Assembly (NCBI GenBank): GCA_013239625.1 | Contig: MU054026.1 | Span: 682,001 to 746,000 of the forward strand | DNA from: Lama guanicoe | Taxonomy: Eukaryota | Direction of reading: 5' to 3' | Length of the DNA stretch: 64,000 nt | Shown here: positions 62,149-64,000 of the stretch, piece after piece | Layout of the letters: each line of letters starts with the position of its first letter | Numbering within the stretch: the stretch's first letter is position 1 | Position numbers and translations under genes: made by a program | Notes under the pieces: generated by a model | Told to the model about the DNA's origin: nothing | Seen by the model: only the letters and a program-made list of their open reading frames with translations | Databases searched by the model: none

Positions 62149-64000
62149 TTTAAGACATTCTGGGAGCTTGTCTCCCTCAAGTCAATTCTTTAGAGCGAAT
62201 CCAACAGAAATTTACGTAATAAGATAGTGGGCAACAAAGGCATTTGCTGGTTGTCACTAATATGGCCAGACAGGCAAAAGTATTCATCCAGGGGGAACGT
62301 ATCTGTAATGACTTCCAATTTCTGTTTTGTTTTCCTCTCCTTTAAGCCCCTTTCTATGCGGCTCATTGACACTTAGTGTTCATCTGCTATCTTGTAGCAC
62401 ATAAGGGTCCCTAACATAGGTTGGGCCAAAATTGAATTTCCTGGTGACCCCATGCATTCTCTGGGCCTTACTTCTCTTCCCACAATACCAGTGAGACATC
62501 GCTTCTGTGTGTTCTGTTCTCCAAGAATCTTGCTGGCTAGAGAAAAAAATGCATGCACTCATAATCCTGTATTAACAGTTGTTAGTGGTTGAAAAGGTTA
62601 ACCCTGCAAAGATTTTTCTATATACACATACACGTGCTTTCAGTATATAACAGCTAAAAAAAATGGATAATGAGAGATTGACATCATGAGATGGTTTCAG
62701 AGAGGTGATAAGATTAGAAAGTCTTCAGATCACACTTCTACCTAATTATGAGATTACCCTTGGTTGTCAGAGTTCAGAATCGGGGTGCCTCGAGCAGAGA
62801 GAAGTTTTTTACTTATGATCGTATAGGACCGAGTTCTTCAAGCTTTGATGATTATGTAACACCTGTAAGAAAAAAATTTTTTAATGGACGGCCCTCTGTA
62901 TATACTTTATAAATAGGAGAACTTTTAAATCATACTAAATATTAACAAGTTAAATTAAAAAAATTTGATCCTTTTTATAAGTTGAAATAATCGTATTTTC
63001 TTTCTACATTCCCTCAAAGTCATTTTATCACTCTAAGGATGCTCGGACCCCCTACCCTGGGGAACCACTTCTTAGTCTTGCATAGGTGAGCCTCAGGGGA
63101 CCTGAATCTGGACACACAATTTTCTGATCCTCGGCACATGTTGCACCTTTCCGCAGAGAGCTCCATAGCATTCATCCATTTAAAAAAGAGATCCTTAATC
63201 CAAAAGATGTTAGGAACCATTCTGGCAGTCCTTGAGAGTGATCAAGCGTTCATGCAGTGAGCTGCGGTGTAATGTATGCTTTTCTCCCTAAGGATGCAAG
63301 GATACAGGGTGGTCCTTCTTGGTTCCCTGATCATGAATCAGGGGAGTTTTCTCGAACTCCACCATCCCTCTGTGGTGATCATGAGCTCAGTCTTGGAATT
63401 TTAAGTTTGCAAATATACAATGGAGAGAAGGAATTTTAAAGATCTTCTAGTCTTCCTTTCTGTTTTTATACAGATGATAATAGCAGAACACCCAAGATCA
63501 CTCAGGTCTTCTCCCTACGTTCTCTGTCCCTGTGTGCCTCACAGCTGCTCTCTGAAGATTATTTTTATAGTTGCCTCAGATACCACAGTTTTAATATTTA
63601 AAAAAAAAACCCAAGAAAATTATAATAAATCAAAGACTTCTGGCATGCAAATGTTAAGAAATATTTAGCACATTTCTAGAATTCATCTTGAATCTCGTCC
63701 AGATCTGAGCAGTTAGATTCACTAAAACAACATCTTCATCGTTAAGATGGATGCAAATACTTGAGGGAAAACAAATCAAAATGGTGAATAATCTCCCAGT
63801 GTCTTCAGGAGCTAAGAGGACCCTCTTTCTTTCAGTCTATGATGGGGCTGTTTTAAGGATGTCACGGGGAGTGTGTGCATGCACGTGCACAGGTAAGTAT
63901 GCACAAACACATCAGAATGGTCTTCGAGTTAAAACAAATGAGGAACAGAATAAATATCAGTGCCTGTTCCTGGACACTGTCATTGCAAAGTCATATGACC

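Noticed and set aside
62826..63070. Possible hAT-Charlie-type element
   Set aside because: Ends are suggestive but too degenerate to assign without a profile search.

Overview
This is AT-rich, CpG-depleted, non-coding placental-mammal DNA (intergenic or deep intronic). I cannot support any protein-coding gene, RNA gene, CRISPR array or prokaryotic system; the short ORFs in the track look like chance frames or repeat-derived frames. Most recognisable sequence is transposable-element fossils: MIR/L2/CR1, MER2B/MER5A/MER20/MER53/MER58A/MER63/MER81/MER104-like DNA transposons, L1 3' fragments, MaLR/ERV1/ERVL solo LTRs, and a degraded ERVL provirus piece (LTR + gag + protease, ~13.25-15.7 kb). The style of the youngest L1 3' ends, with no Alu, Bov-tA, PRE-1 or Can-SINE seen, suggests a cetartiodactyl, probably a camelid (inference). 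The most unusual structures are: a ~100 bp templated-insertion scar inside the ERVL LTR; two L1 insertions into one target site, which is present three times; an inverted pair of related LTRs with 6-bp TSDs 36 kb apart; and several repeat-free blocks rich in homeobox/FOX motifs that may be conserved enhancers. I did not find a convincing novel biological system. Repeat family names come from remembered consensus sequences, and boundaries without TSDs are approximate.
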